NCBI RefSeq assembly: GCF_006345805.1
Contig: NC_043001.1
Span: forward strand, 54,498,001 to 54,562,000
Direction: 5' to 3'
DNA: 64,000 nt
From: Octopus sinensis
Taxonomy: Eukaryota
Part shown: positions 12,829 to 26,550 of the stretch, piece by piece
Numbering within the stretch: position 1 is the first letter of the stretch
Layout: the number at the start of each line of letters is the position of its first letter
Made by a program: the position numbers and the translations under genes
The notes under the pieces: model-generated
What the model was told of the DNA's origin: nothing
What the model saw: only the letters and a program-made list of their open reading frames with translations
Database searches by the model: none

Positions 12829-12921
12829 TCACTCACTCCCTTTCTCTCTTTCTTTCTTTTTCTCTTTCTCGTCTTTCCTCTTTTCTCTTAGTTTTATGTG
12901 TGTATTTATGAACGTATGTTT

Positions 12922-12968
<47 letters not shown>

Positions 12969-14280
12969 TGTGTGTATAAAGAGAAAGGGTAATCTGTATG
13001 TGCATTTGTTTATGCGAGTGTATGTGTGTGTGTAGTTGAAAGGGGGGAGTTGAAGTAGGAAATTAATAATAAACTAAGCAATTGGCTATTACGTCACGCC
13101 TCGCCATTTCCTGTTTTTCTCTTACTACTGCTACCACTATTACTACAACTGTCACCTTCGGAAATAACGCCACACTCACCACCACAGCACTACTACTACC
13201 ACCATCACCACAACAACAACAACAACAAGCACTATCACCGTAGCCGAGATCACAACTACCGCCACCACCACCACCACAACATCAACAACCACTGCGGTCA
13301 CCACCGTTACATCCATGCCCAACACCACTATGTTCACTACGCTAACCATTACGTGGAAAGCTCTATTACCAGAAATAGCAACCAAATTTTTTTCCATCTT
13401 AAACCTTAAAACTATTTTAAGGTCATTAACCCCAGTTCTACCGCATACACGAACCAATGAGTGTATCATTACATGATCGATCGGCCTGTGAGAAATAGCA
13501 GTCAATTCTCTCTCAAATCACTTACTACATTACGTCTTTAAAAAATGATGCCTAACAAATTGTATTTCGGAACCAAATCCTAAAATGATGGGATGGTCTT
13601 ATCTAAAATGTCTTGCATTATATTTTTTTCTCAATTAGGAGTCACTTGTATTTAAAAACAGACGAGGACAACTTACTTCATATTGATTTTATGTAATTCT
13701 AACATTAACAATAAGAAGAAGGTTAGATCAGTGGGAAGATAAGTTTAATACTTATTCCAATGATCTCTATTTTGAATCACTAAGTTAGCGGGGCGTAAAC
13801 AAATCAACGCCGGTTGTCAAACGGTAGTGGAGAACCAACACAACACCCACACACAAAGAAACACATCATAGACACACATACAGAGAATCAATTAAGATCG
13901 GAGCATATCAAAGTTAAGCACACTGCATTAATGGCCACACAGTAAATAATCAGGTAAACAATCCAGTTTATGAAAGAGGCATTGATGTAGAGAAGCCTAC
14001 TGGTATTTGGTAATCCACAACTCCAAGAGAATCCGAAGTTGAAGAGAACTTGAGCGTGGTATAAAATGACAATAAAAATAAACGAATGGACAATATGGTA
14101 TAACTACAATTGTTTCATTAAGTGATCTTCTTGCATTATAACTTCGTACAATCAAGTATGTATGAAGTGCAGCAACTCTAAGATACTGCAAAACACAACA
14201 GAGAACCTCTCATATCATCAGGCCATACCGTGTTGCATACGAGCAAATATTGACGGCGTGGCCCTGCGGCATGTGTCTGT

Positions 14281-14311
<31 letters not shown>

Positions 14312-14505
14312 CATACAACAGGCTTCTTTCAGTTTCCTTCCCGATCTACTGAAAAGTGTTTGGTTGGTCTGATGTTATAGTAGAAAACACTTTCTGAAGG
14401 AGCTGTGCAGTGGGATCGAGTCCAAGACAACATGGTTGGGAAATAAGCTTCTTACTCACACAACCATGATATCATGGTAGAGTAGTAGTGATTTTGTTGT
14501 TGTTG

Positions 14506-14537
<32 letters not shown>

Positions 14538-14800
14538 GGTGGTGGTGGTGGTGGTGGTGGTGGTGTGGTGATGGTGGCAGCGGTGAAAGCGACGGTGGCT
14601 TTCAACTCTGATCGAGCAGAAAACTATTTTCAAATGTATTCCAGACATGACCATACCGTCAAACAGGGTATGTATATAGGATAGTGTGGTCTGGGGGAGA
14701 TTTGGTTGCTCTTTTTCCCCCTTTTTTCTTTGCAAATCGAATGACTACGTAGAGGCTCACTAGTTAGCTCATTATTATGAGAGTTGTCACTATATAAGCA

Positions 14801-14807
14801 AGTAGTG

Positions 14808-14880
<73 letters not shown>

Positions 14881-14920
14881 CTGTTGTTGTTGTTGTTGTT
14901 GTTGTTGTGTTGTTGTTGTT
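14801..14920. repeat. (TAG)n then (TTG)n microsatellite
   Basis: Direct reading. Confidence 0.95.
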
Positions 14921-15606
14921 GCCACTGCTGCCCTTTATGCGCCAGGCCGGTTCTCAGAAGACATAGGTCACCCGTTGAACGACAAATTCCGATCCACCGA
15001 TCTACTGCAACCCTTGCGCAGTCACTCGACTTGCTAGATTTAGCAGCTAAATTTCCCTGACCCACCCTACCCTTCTTCATGTATTAAAAAGGACACATTG
15101 GTGAATGTAGCCAAACATTAAAAGGTAGTTGTTATTATTGCTGTTGTTTGGCTTCAGGTCGTGTTTCGATCTTACGACCTCATTGGCAATCAAACAGTTG
15201 AAAGTAAAGTAGCAGATTGGCCGCAGTTTGTTACTGTTGAGAGTCGCATGCTATGATTATTGTTTGACTCCATATCACATTTTATTGGGTAGACCAATAG
15301 TCAAAGATTTTCCTGTAGCGATCATTCCATATTTTCTCAGGTATGATGTATATACGACTACTATATTATCTGTCATTCTTTTTTAAAGTGTGAGCTGAGA
15401 GAGATTTTACTGTTATTTTTAGCAAATCGAGTAACCACGTCGTCACTTCTACATATGCTCATTAATAATACATTGACAAAAGCAAGCACAAAACATTACA
15501 ATTCTTAAATGATCATCAGAGAGAACACTTCAAAATACATGGAAACTGATAAATCATGATACAAAACATTTTCCAAAAATTTTTTTGTGTGTGCGATTTT
15601 TGTTTC

Positions 15607-15806
15607 CTGCATGACTGTGTAGTGCGAAGTTTGGTTCCCAGCCACATGGTTCCGGGTTCAGTCCCACTGCTGCGTGGCACCTGCAAGTGTCTTTTACTAT
15701 AGCCACGGGTCGACCAAAGTAATGGGAGTGGATTTCGTAGACGGAAACCGAAAGAAGCTCGTCGTATACATATATATAAAGTTTAAATTTAAAATTTAAT
15801 TTTAAC

Positions 15807-15840
<34 letters not shown>

Positions 15841-15950
15841 GATGTAAATCCGTGTGTGTGCATTTGTGTCTGTATTCGTCCCCCACCGCTGCTTGACAAC
15901 TGGTATTGGTATGTTTACGTCCCCGTAACTTAGCGGTTCAGCAAATGAGA
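15607..15950 (+). mobile_element. SINE family A, degenerate copy
   Basis: GGTTCCGGGTTCAGTCCCACTG...GCAAGTGTCTT...GTAACTTAGCGGTTC. Confidence 0.8.
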
Positions 15951-16399
15951 CGGAAGGAAATTGTTATTTAGTAACGGATCTATCTGAGACAAAAAAGATA
16001 ACTAAAGTGAACTATTCGATGTCCAAACGGGTTCATATGACAGCGTGGATATATGCGATTTAGTTGGTTTATACTCGTGCATATTAAACCATCTTAATTC
16101 GAAATTTCCCAGCCATAGCATCGGTATAGACCGCTACGATGCTTAAGCACTATCACATAGTTGTGATGACCACGCTACGGATTCCTTTAGATTAATTTCT
16201 AAGCAATTAATTTCTACCTTCAACTCTTTAGGATTTAAAATATTTATCGATACGAACCTAGCTAAGACTGATTTTTTAGATGTCAATCAATACCAACCTA
16301 GCTAAAACTGACTTCTTAAATCCCAAAACTAGTTCGTATAAGCCCTTCCACAAACCTAACGAGAAACTTAAATATATTAATAAACACTCCTGCCACCTA

Positions 16400-17140
16400 C
16401 GTATTGTATTTAAAAACTTAATTCCAAATATTAACCTTCGAAAAGGCTATTTCCGTACAGGAAAGCGACTTTACTGATAAAATTTTCTACAACCCCCAAC
16501 CTCCTCTCATCTAGTCGTAAGAATAGGTCTCGGAAAGCTTTATGGTCCGCCCCCACTTTCTTCCTTAATGTTAGGACAAGTGTAGATTCTTGCATTTCGT
16601 AAATATTTACTTCCTTAAAACCCATAGATACGATAACATCTTTAACAGATACGATAAAAGTTACCTTTTCCTGTCCCCCTACTGTTTAGCTATATGTCAA
16701 TAAGCAACGAACGACTCAAGCCTGCACATGTAGAGACAAATCTAAATGTCATCTAGGACAGGAGTGCGATATATCTTCCGTTGTTTATGAAGTACAGGTT
16801 TCAGCGAACTACGACAATGGTCATAGAGATATCAAATATTATGTCGGAACCGTAGAAGGACAATTTATATCTAGATATAACAACTAGCTTTCGAGTCTAC
16901 AAGCCTTTCGGTTTTAATTTGGAAACTTTAAGACAAAGGAACCAGTTTCGACATCAAATGGAAAATCCTCTCCAAATCCAAACTCTATATTAACGGGTTC
17001 AAAAAATGTTCTGTATGTTCACTTAAAAAACTTGAGAACCTCCAGCGAATACATAAATTCGAGGAACGAGATTTTTTCCTGTATGTCCACATTTCAAGAA
17101 ATATATCTTGTCCGAATTTAAAAACAGACCACCGGACACT
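16400..17140 (+). mobile_element. Decayed Penelope-like element C-terminal (GIY-YIG) region
   Basis: Frameshifted remnants IKYYVGTVEGQFISRYNN, GSKKCSVCSL, INSRNEIFS and CPHFKKYIL match the Cys/His-containing PLE endonuclease end. Confidence 0.65.
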
Positions 17141-18139
17141 TAGTAAACTATTAGCATTTGGTTTACGCCTACCTGACATCTAATTATTGCAATGTTGGTT
17201 ATCTCTCTTGTTTTTTTTTCTTGTTTTTTGGGGGTTTTTTTCTTCTATTCTTCTTTCCCGGCATCTCTTGTTTACACGTTATCTGCTCAAAAAACAACTG
17301 ACAAACGGTCCTGGTTTCAGTTTCATAAATGGGGGAATACATTATTATTTCAACTACGATTCTCCAACAGAAAATCTCAACTGATCAGCATGTAGCTTCC
17401 TTAATGTCCAATGGCTCTAATGATATTTTACTCGAAATCTTCAAAATGCAAACTTATTTTATTCTATAGATTTGTAATTTGAATTGATTGTAAATTGAAA
17501 CAATTGTAGACCTTATTAAAAATGTTGATAAATTAATTTATATCCATTAAATCTCTCCATTTTCTTACGTAATTAATATTTTATATTTATAATTTGCCTA
17601 TTTTTATATTGAAGAAATATTTCTCAATATAATATATTAAACCAGCGTAACGTGGATAGAATCATCCCTATAAGAGGTTAATATATCCTCATAGTGACTA
17701 TATATATATGGGGTGGGAGAGTAAATGTATGCCTGTGAGTATATGGGGGAAGTGAATGTATGTCTGTGGGTGTATATACAGATATATATATATACCCACA
17801 CACTTTTCTATATCTATCAGTCTCCTCCAAATATAGTTTCAGCCTTTCTTTGTCTATTTTTAGCGTCCTCTTATGCTACATCTTATATAAACATACCTTT
17901 GTTTTTAAGTTCAAACCACCATGTGCGAGCACTCCTGCAACATGTGAAATTCTTTTCAAAATTAATGCCTCTTCCTTTCAAATAAGTTCGTGAAAATAAT
18001 TTATTTCAATGTGCTTTTCCTATAAAATCCTGTCATAAGTCAGGATTGTATCCTCTTTAAAACATATCTCTCATATCTTAAATTTACTCAGTAACATTTC
18101 CGAATATCATCATATACAAAAAGTTTTGTAGGCTGATAT

Positions 18140-18229
18140 ATTTCTATAAATAGAAATATACACCTACATTGTTTTTATATATATATATAATATATATGTG
18201 TGTGTGTGTGTGGTGTGTGTGTGTGTATA

Positions 18230-18292
<63 letters not shown>

Positions 18293-18500
18293 ATATATAC
18301 ATATAAACATATATAAATATATATATATATAAACATATATAAATATATATATATAAAACATATATAAATGTATATATATAAAAACATATATACAAATAAA
18401 CATATATATATATATAACATATAAACATATATATATAAATATATATATAAAACATATATACATATATATTATAAAAACATATATACATATATATTATAAA

Positions 18501-18561
<61 letters not shown>

Positions 18562-18570
18562 ATATGTATG
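18140..18570. repeat. Compound (AT)n/(GT)n/AT-rich satellite
   Basis: Direct reading; source of several spurious IY-repeat ORFs. Confidence 0.95.
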
Positions 18571-19140
18571 ATTGCCTCGTCATGTCAGATGGTAGCCGTC
18601 CCCCATATTCAGCATGTCTGTTCTAATTTACGTTCATCCTTGTTTATGCGCCACTCATCCATCGCCATAGGGCTTTATAAAATATACAAAATAGATCAAG
18701 AAATTAAATGAATAGCGAGATGTTTGTATGTTACTCGATTTAATTAGCAACAGCTTGTACAATATTTTTGCCACTGTCTCGGTCTCCATAAAAGGCTCCA
18801 GTCACAAGCATTGCAAGACGACTGGTCTCTGTTTTGACTGCAAGTTTTATGTCAGAGTATCTCTCTCCTAGAAGAACTGCCTTCCCCCACCACTTGGTCA
18901 AAAATAACAGGAGGTTCCTCAACTCTGGGAATTCGATTAAACCCAGAGATGGGCCCCTGACATATATGCTGTTCTGGGTCAGCTGGTTTCCTTGAACGTT
19001 TTCTGAATTAATGAAGTAATGTTAATTAAGGAGTGACGCCACGCTCACACAACCCCAGAAATGGAGCTTCACCGCCGGATGCAGCTTAATGTTATATATA
19101 CATATGTGCGCGCGCACGCACACACACACACACACGCACA

Positions 19141-20229
19141 CGAGGGTCGGCTGAATATTTTATTAGCTGACCAGGATAATCTTATGGATTGTCACCAAAT
19201 GAGATTTATTTTTCAACGTAAATTCCCTTGCGGTCCACATACTTCTTCCATCGGTGAAAAAGCTTTCATTGGTGAAAAAGCTTTCATTCTATTGCTCAAA
19301 AATGTCATCAACAGCAGACATGACATCAACACTGCGATACTGGTTTCCAGCCCAGTGTTTATTTATGTTGAGGAACAGACGAGCCAAATCAGGATAGGGA
19401 GGGTGATCAACCAGTTCAAGCCATAGTCAGACACAGCAGCCATTGAAATGAAGTATTTGTGCGCTAGAGCATTGTCTTCATTGTACAAGTCACCCTTTTT
19501 GTCAGTTTTCCTGGGTGTTTGGTCTTGATAAACTTACGTAACTGCGTCAGTAAGTTGGCATAGTACTTTCCACTAATGGTGCAGCCCTTTTGCATCCCAA
19601 AACCTGAGGCCACCACCTTCACTACAGATGAAACGGCCTTGGCCTTCTTTGGAGCAGGTTAGGAGGAGTGCTTGTATTACATGGATTGTCTCTTTGTCTC
19701 TGGCTCAAAGTGATGAACCCAACACTCATTCTGGGTTAGGAAACGTGCAAGGAAACCAACTGGATCTGCCTCGATGTCAAATTTTCCCATGATGTGATCT
19801 ACCTGGTGTGCTTTTGATCAGGTGTCAGAAGACGTGGCACCCACCGAGCAGACACCTTTCGTCATGCCAAGTTCATTATGCAGAATATTATCAACTCTCT
19901 CACGAGATATGCTAATAACATTGTCTATTTGATATATAGTCAATCTCATGTCATCCATCAGTGTGAGGTAAACACGATTAATTGCCTCGGTGGTGGCAGT
20001 TGCAGGACGTCCAGACTTTCGATCATCTTCAAAACTCATCCTTCCCCTTGTAAATTCAGCTGCCCACTTTGTTACTCTTGATAACGCTGGGGCGTTATCC
20101 CCAAATGTAGCAAGCATGTCAGCATAAATGTCCGGGGCTGAGGCTAAGCCATTTTACTACAGATACTTGTTAACACCACGAAGCCAAATTTTGTCGATTT
20201 TTCAAGTATGAACTTTTCAGCTACACTCG
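19141..20229 (-). mobile_element. Older degraded mariner copy
   Basis: Degenerate TIRs (CGAGGGTCGGCTGAA vs CGAGTGTAGCTGAA); remnant FGDNAPALSRVTKWAAEFTRGRMSFEDDRKSGRP is a mariner HTH region. Confidence 0.85.
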
Positions 20230-20276
20230 TGCGCGCGCGTATGTGTGTGTATGTGTGTGTGCGTGTATGTATGTCT

Positions 20277-20328
<52 letters not shown>

Positions 20329-22447
20329 CATGTGCGCGTGTGTGCATGTGCGCATGTGTGTATCTGTGTACAGATATACAACGATCTTCACAGTTTCTGT
20401 CTATCAAATTCACTCACAAGGCATTGGTTAGTTTGCGTCTGTAGTAGCAAACACTTGCCAAAAGTACTGTGCAGTGGGACTGAAACCGAAGCCGGGGAGA
20501 TGCAAATCGAGCTTCTTAACCACACAGCCATATTATATATATGCATCTGTGTATGTATTCATGTAGGTTTGTGTATGTGTAAATATACATAATGGCTATG
20601 TGTGTGTATACATACACACACACACAGACATACATTCACATAAACATTGATTCTTGGACCGGATGTCTTTGATCAAGGCGCTCCGTTTTCCCGTTGCTTC
20701 AATCAACTCAGCAAAGCATCAGCTTAGTGGTTGATAGTCCTGGGACGGACTGGTGTACTCTTGTATTCACATTTGCTTATATATACTCTGTATATATGCG
20801 TGAGGTTGAGGTATATGAACAAGTTATTCCCATTCTGAGATAAACAAGCTCTTTTATTAATGAATGACTTTCAGAGGTACAATTCCGTTTCTAACCCTTA
20901 TAATTCCTCAAATGTTTCAAAACTGAATAAATAAATATGTTCGAAACCTGAATATAAGTGAATGTAACTAGGAATTCAAAAGATTGAAAAACATCAACAG
21001 AAGATAAATCAAAAACATTATATACAATCAAAATAGAGGATTAGATAAGTAACGTAAATACGTCTCTCCCAGTTCTTTCTCAAACATTTACAAGAAGAAT
21101 GTGTTAAAGAACCTGTAGCGAGTGGTGGAAGGCTTGTTTCATGTTTAAGAACATGATTTATTGCTACGTTGATATAGAAAGTGTTCGTGCAAAACAAGAA
21201 ATGGAATATTCAGATGAAACTACGTTTATGGCAAGTGCACAAAGTCTTTGTCTTCGTCAGAAATTCAACATTCAGACTAGTGTTTACCCATCAATGCATA
21301 TTCTTGCTGCCATGGTGTGTCTTCGATCATTCCAGGTTGAATATGTTGAGGTTGAAGCAGTTAAGTGTGGAGAGTGAACACTACCAGGAACCGAATCACT
21401 CTAGAGTTTTGGCGCTCAGTTGAACTGTATTTGTAGGCCATGTTCATGGAACGTTTTAGTCATACCACCAGACTATCACGTGAACAGTAGCTAGTGATTG
21501 GACGGCAATAGTGTTTACGTACATGATCAAATTGGGATTTCTGTGTGGCAAAACGTGGGATCGAATCCAACTGTTACAGACCTTTCTCTTCCGAACACTT
21601 TTCTTGGTGAAATTGTGGAGCAAGGAGTGGCTATTGTTTTGGCTTTTGTGTTTGGCACTAGTGCTTGCTAAGGGTGTGAGTATTTCTGTTTAGAAACTTG
21701 TCTGTCTATGCAAGTTTCATATTTACCTTTTATTTTCAAATATTTTTATTGATATTTTCAAACTTTTCTTCGTCTGTTCGATACTACCAAGTTTGTGTGG
21801 ATAGCGTCTCTTCCCACTGCGTGTTAAATCACGAGTAGAGTTTTGCAAAACAATATATAATAATCGTGAAGTATATTTGCCACTTAAATGTGGCTAACCC
21901 TTAAGAGTAGATGCTACTGTAGCTTGTAGCCCCAGGTGAACACCTCCTCCAGCTGGCTATTGACACACTTTCTGTGCCCTATCAGTATTTGCAAAGGGAA
22001 GTCACCCTTCCCATCTTCAATCTGACGGTATACACACGGACCCGGGTTTCTGAGTATTGACACCTCGCTCAGAGATTTAATATATAATTTTAAAACTGCA
22101 TTAGAAGAAATTTTTCCCCATTTCTGAATAATGGCGTGGAAACTCAAGAAGTTCTAAAATCCTTTGTTAGCAAAATAGAACAAACACTTCCTTTACATCA
22201 AATTAAATTCTTCTCCGAGTCCGTGCTGGAGATGTACTCGCGTTGCAAACAACAGCAATAATAATAACATTAAAATGATATTTGTGTATTAAGTTAGTTT
22301 ATTTTCATTGCTAATCTAATTTCATTTTGATTTATGACTGTGTTTGTTTATTCGCTTATTTATTATTTTTACTGTGTTTCTATTATTTCATTTATATTTT
22401 TTGTTTTAATCATTGTTTTTTATCTTTTTTTACAATTTCCTCTATAA

Positions 22448-22484
<37 letters not shown>

Positions 22485-22576
22485 GTGTGTGTATATATAT
22501 ATACATACACACAAATCTACACACACACACACACTCATAGGTAGATCGGTAGGTTTGAGGCAGACAGCCAAGCAGG

Positions 22577-22655
<79 letters not shown>
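22577..22655. repeat. (GATA)n microsatellite
   Basis: Direct reading; another tract lies at 56344-56418. Confidence 0.95.
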
Positions 22656-22656
<1 letters not shown>

Positions 22657-23056
22657 CATACAGACAGGCAGGTAGGTAGGTACGTAGATATGTAGGTAGG
22701 CAGGCAGGTGTATATATGTATATATATATAGAGAGAGAGGGGGGAAGATGTGTGTAAAAGAGGTCATATAGAGAAGTATGTATACATGTTTATGAATAAT
22801 AATTGTTTCTAATTTAGGCACAAGTCAGTAAATATTTTCAGTGAAAAGGAATAGTCGATTATATTGACCACCATTCTTTACTGGTACTTTATTTCATTGG
22901 CCACAGAGGGATAAAAGGTGATGCTGACCACAGCAGTGAAATTAGCATGTAAAGAGCAGGAACAAATATCACAAAGCATTTTTTCCAACGCTCAAACTAT
23001 TCTGTCAGCTCGCCACCTTCATGTGAATAAATAATATTATATGTATATGTCTGTAC

Positions 23057-23127
<71 letters not shown>

Positions 23128-23639
23128 AAATGTTTGCTTCGTATATGGTGTTGATGATACTTACTGAGGCAGAAACTCGTGATCTTGGTTGCCCTTTAGT
23201 CTCCAGACAACAAAACTGTTTTCCTTTAATGGCGTATCAATAAAGGAGGATTCATGGTACCCATTCTCATTTGCAGGTGGATCCCAGTTCCAAGCAAGCG
23301 ATTATTTTACCTCTTCTGGAATCGAGGATAATTTCACTTGCTCAAGAGTTTATCATATATGATATCTAATGTTCTTTTAATCGTCTTCATTGTTCAAATA
23401 CATTCTACTGACCACTCTAAATTATATTGCAGCGCTTACCTTCGTTTAATGAATGTGTGCTCGAACGCACGTGTGTGTGTTTGTATATATACGTATACAC
23501 ATATATGTTCACATATGTAAATACGAGCAATCCCCCCCTGCCGTCGAATGGACGGTGCTGAGGTGTCAAACATTTAAACCAAATTTTCTCAAAACAACTT
23601 GTTCGACCGTCCTATAGGCCTCCCGTTTGAGAAACACTG

Positions 23640-23900
23640 ATTTAACCTAACTTTGAGACACCAGCAAAAGACGGATTTCGACTGATGTACTTGCTCCTAC
23701 AAATGCACATTCCCACGGCTTTATCGATCGCATTCCCACCTGGAATCGATTTTTGTAATTTTTTCAAGACTTATACACGCCCTGATACCGTCGGTATCTA
23801 CATATCAAATTTGAGCGCAATCGGATGGAGGATGCCCGAGATCCTAGAAGTCTCTCACACACACACACACACACACAGACAGAACGAATTTTATATAATA
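23640..23900 (-). mobile_element. Helitron/HINE-like non-autonomous element 5' fragment
   Basis: Minus strand starts TATTATATAAAATTCGTTCTGTCTG(TG)n...CCGATTGCGCTCAAATTTG, the usual HINE/DINE-1-like layout. Confidence 0.5.
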
Positions 23901-24289
23901 AATGTGCGATCTATACATACAAACATATGTACACGCTTGTGAGTTCATGTTTGTGTAAATAACAGCTGTCTTTTAAACATGTCATATTAAAGACACGACT
24001 ATGTTTGAGTTTAATCTTTAGTACTTAATAATTTTATTTTGTTATTAGTCCTTCGTCTGGAACAATAGCAATGATGTTCCTAAATATATAAATGTATTAA
24101 CGTTTCAAAACCCTGGCGTCGTCATTAGAATACAGCAGATATAAATAATAGCTTTAAGCAGGTTGCTGAGGATTATGGGAATGATAGCATGTGAGTGAAT
24201 TTAGAAGGCGGAAACTGTACAAAGACTGTCGTGTGTGTGTGTGTGTGTATGTGTGTTTACGAAGACATGGCAGTAAGTACAGTAGAAGC

Positions 24290-24520
24290 AGGTGGGGCTG
24301 GGCGCTTAGAAGTTTGCTTCTCCATGATATGGTTCCAGGTTCCGTCACACAGCGTGGCACCTTCGGCAAGGGTTTTCTACTACAGCCCCAGGTCGGCCAA
24401 AGTGTTGTGAGGGGATTTAGTGCACGAAAATTGAAAGAAACCAGTCATATATATGTGTGTTGCAATGATAACAGTACGGATACTTATTGATCAAACCACG
24501 TGTTTGTGTGTGCATGTGTA
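24290..24520 (+). mobile_element. SINE family A, degenerate copy
   Basis: GGTTCCAGGTTCCGTCACACAGCGTGGCACCTTCGGCAAG...GGTCGGCCAAAG. Confidence 0.75.
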
Positions 24521-24607
24521 TAGATATAGTTCAAATTTACAGAAAACAAAAAACGAAGAGAAGTGAAGGAACAAGTAGTTGTTTAACGCTTGGGAAGAAT
24601 GGAAAAG

Positions 24608-24645
24608 ACTTTGACGTTTCGAGCCTACGCTTTTCAACAGAAAGT
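24608..24645 (-). ncRNA. Minimal type I hammerhead-like motif with variant core
   Basis: ACTTT-CTGTTGA-A-AAGC(GTAG)GCTC-GAAA-CGTC-AAAGT: perfect 5-bp stem I, stem II with one mismatch, palindromic ACGT stem III, GUC site. Confidence 0.6.
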
Positions 24646-24757
24646 TTTAAGAGAGAAAATAACAAAGAGAGAATAAAAAGAAAATAGCGGAGAGAGCAAA
24701 AAAACTGCAGAAACTAACGGTTCATGATGATGAAAAACACACAGGCGTACACACACA

Positions 24758-24827
<70 letters not shown>

Positions 24828-24953
24828 AGAACATAAACTCACATGTGTTTGCAATTATTTATAGATAGAGGGAAACATATAGATACACACACACACATAC
24901 ACACGCACACACATACACACACACATATATATATATATACATCTATATATATT

Positions 24954-24987
<34 letters not shown>

Positions 24988-25322
24988 CACACACTTGCAC
25001 ATACATAAATATATAAATATGTATATCTATGGATTTATGTTGGTATATATGTATGTTGGAAGGTGAAGTGGTTGCATATTTCTGTGTAAGAGAAAAAAAT
25101 GGGTGTATCTCTGTATGTATGTCTATGCATGTGTGAACTGAAAAAATAAAATGCCACAAATGAACCTAGCTTTTAACCTGTTGCAATTATTTATTCTTTT
25201 CGAATTTGTTTTTTTTTCTTTGTTTATTTTTAATCATTTTACTGCCTGTTTCCCTTCCTCATTTCTTCTGAGTAAAAATCGTTGTCGCTATCTGCTGTTG
25301 AGAAGCATTTTACTTTATATAT

Positions 25323-25373
<51 letters not shown>

Positions 25374-25384
25374 CATACATACAT

Positions 25385-25415
<31 letters not shown>

Positions 25416-25417
<2 letters not shown>

Positions 25418-25625
25418 GGGTGGTGCAAAAGTAGGTATGCATTTACGAATAAAGAAAAAACGTGCAATACTCATTTTTATCAAAAGAATAAAATGTTACG
25501 ATAGAAGTATAATGAAGCTATAAAAAATGAGGCTAACTAATTTAATGTGCTAATAATTTTAATGAATCAAGTATTATAACATTGATGTGATACGTACTGT
25601 ATACCTACTTTTGCACACACACCTG
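25416..25625. mobile_element. Tc1/mariner-derived MITE
   Basis: TIRs CAGGGTGGTGCAAAAGTAGGTAT and ATACCTACTTTTGCACAC..ACCTG followed by TA. Confidence 0.75.
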
Positions 25626-25652
25626 TATGTGTGTGTGTATATATATATATAT

Positions 25653-25712
<60 letters not shown>

Positions 25713-25805
25713 TAGTTAATCCAAACAAGAAAGCACAAAAAAACACAACAACGCGAGGACGTGGAACAAATATAGTATTATTGGACGCTCAGGAAAGAAG
25801 ATATA

Positions 25806-26311
25806 TCTATATATATAAAACTCTAGTTGTGTGAGTGTCTGTCCCCTTCGATTTAGATTCCTAACTCCTCCCACATTTTGCGGTGCAGTTTAACCAAATT
25901 CGGGTATCTTATAGTCGTGATTCATATCGAGCCCGTCTGACTATTAGCGCGCGTCAACGATGAGTCTACGATTTTAAAAATAATTTAACATAATTTTTTA
26001 TTCCATTTTAATGCATAAAATGCATCGTATGTCGATGGCGGCGGAGTTGGCGTCCACGCTCACAGCTGCACCTGTTTGCTTCTCCCCCTTCCCTCCCTCG
26101 TGAAGCTGTGGGGAAAGGAGTGTAAAGAAATCAACGTCGTAATGCGTTGTGAAGGAAACCAGCGTTCTTTTAGAACAACGACTTCATGGCTTGAAGACAC
26201 CAAAACAAAAATGGCTAAGAAAGCCCGAATTTATAAGGGAAGTAACTCTCTAAAAATGCTTATATAGTTATTTCCCTTACAAATCCGAGCAACGCCGGGC
26301 GATACTGCTAG
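25806..26311 (+). mobile_element. Non-autonomous Helitron
   Basis: 5' TCTATATATATAAAA, 3' hairpin CCG(AGCAACGC)CGG upstream of terminal CTAG, inserted between A (25805) and T (26312), no TSD. Confidence 0.85.
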
Positions 26312-26495
26312 TATATATATATATATTCTTTCGTTCCATCAGCCCTTTCACGCTTATTTTGTTCATTCCACTCTTCGTTCTTTCGTTCCCCCATTCTCAC
26401 ATTTCATTGCCTTCTCTTCGTGCTCACTTTCCCTCCTCTTTTCACTTCACTTTTCTTGCCCCCTCCTAATTTCTTCTGTCCCTCTGCTTCTACCG

Positions 26496-26550
<55 letters not shown>

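Noticed and set aside
13176-13505. Val-rich ORF or Thr-rich mucin-like opposite frame
   Set aside because: Degenerate (ACC/ACA/ACT)n low-complexity DNA.
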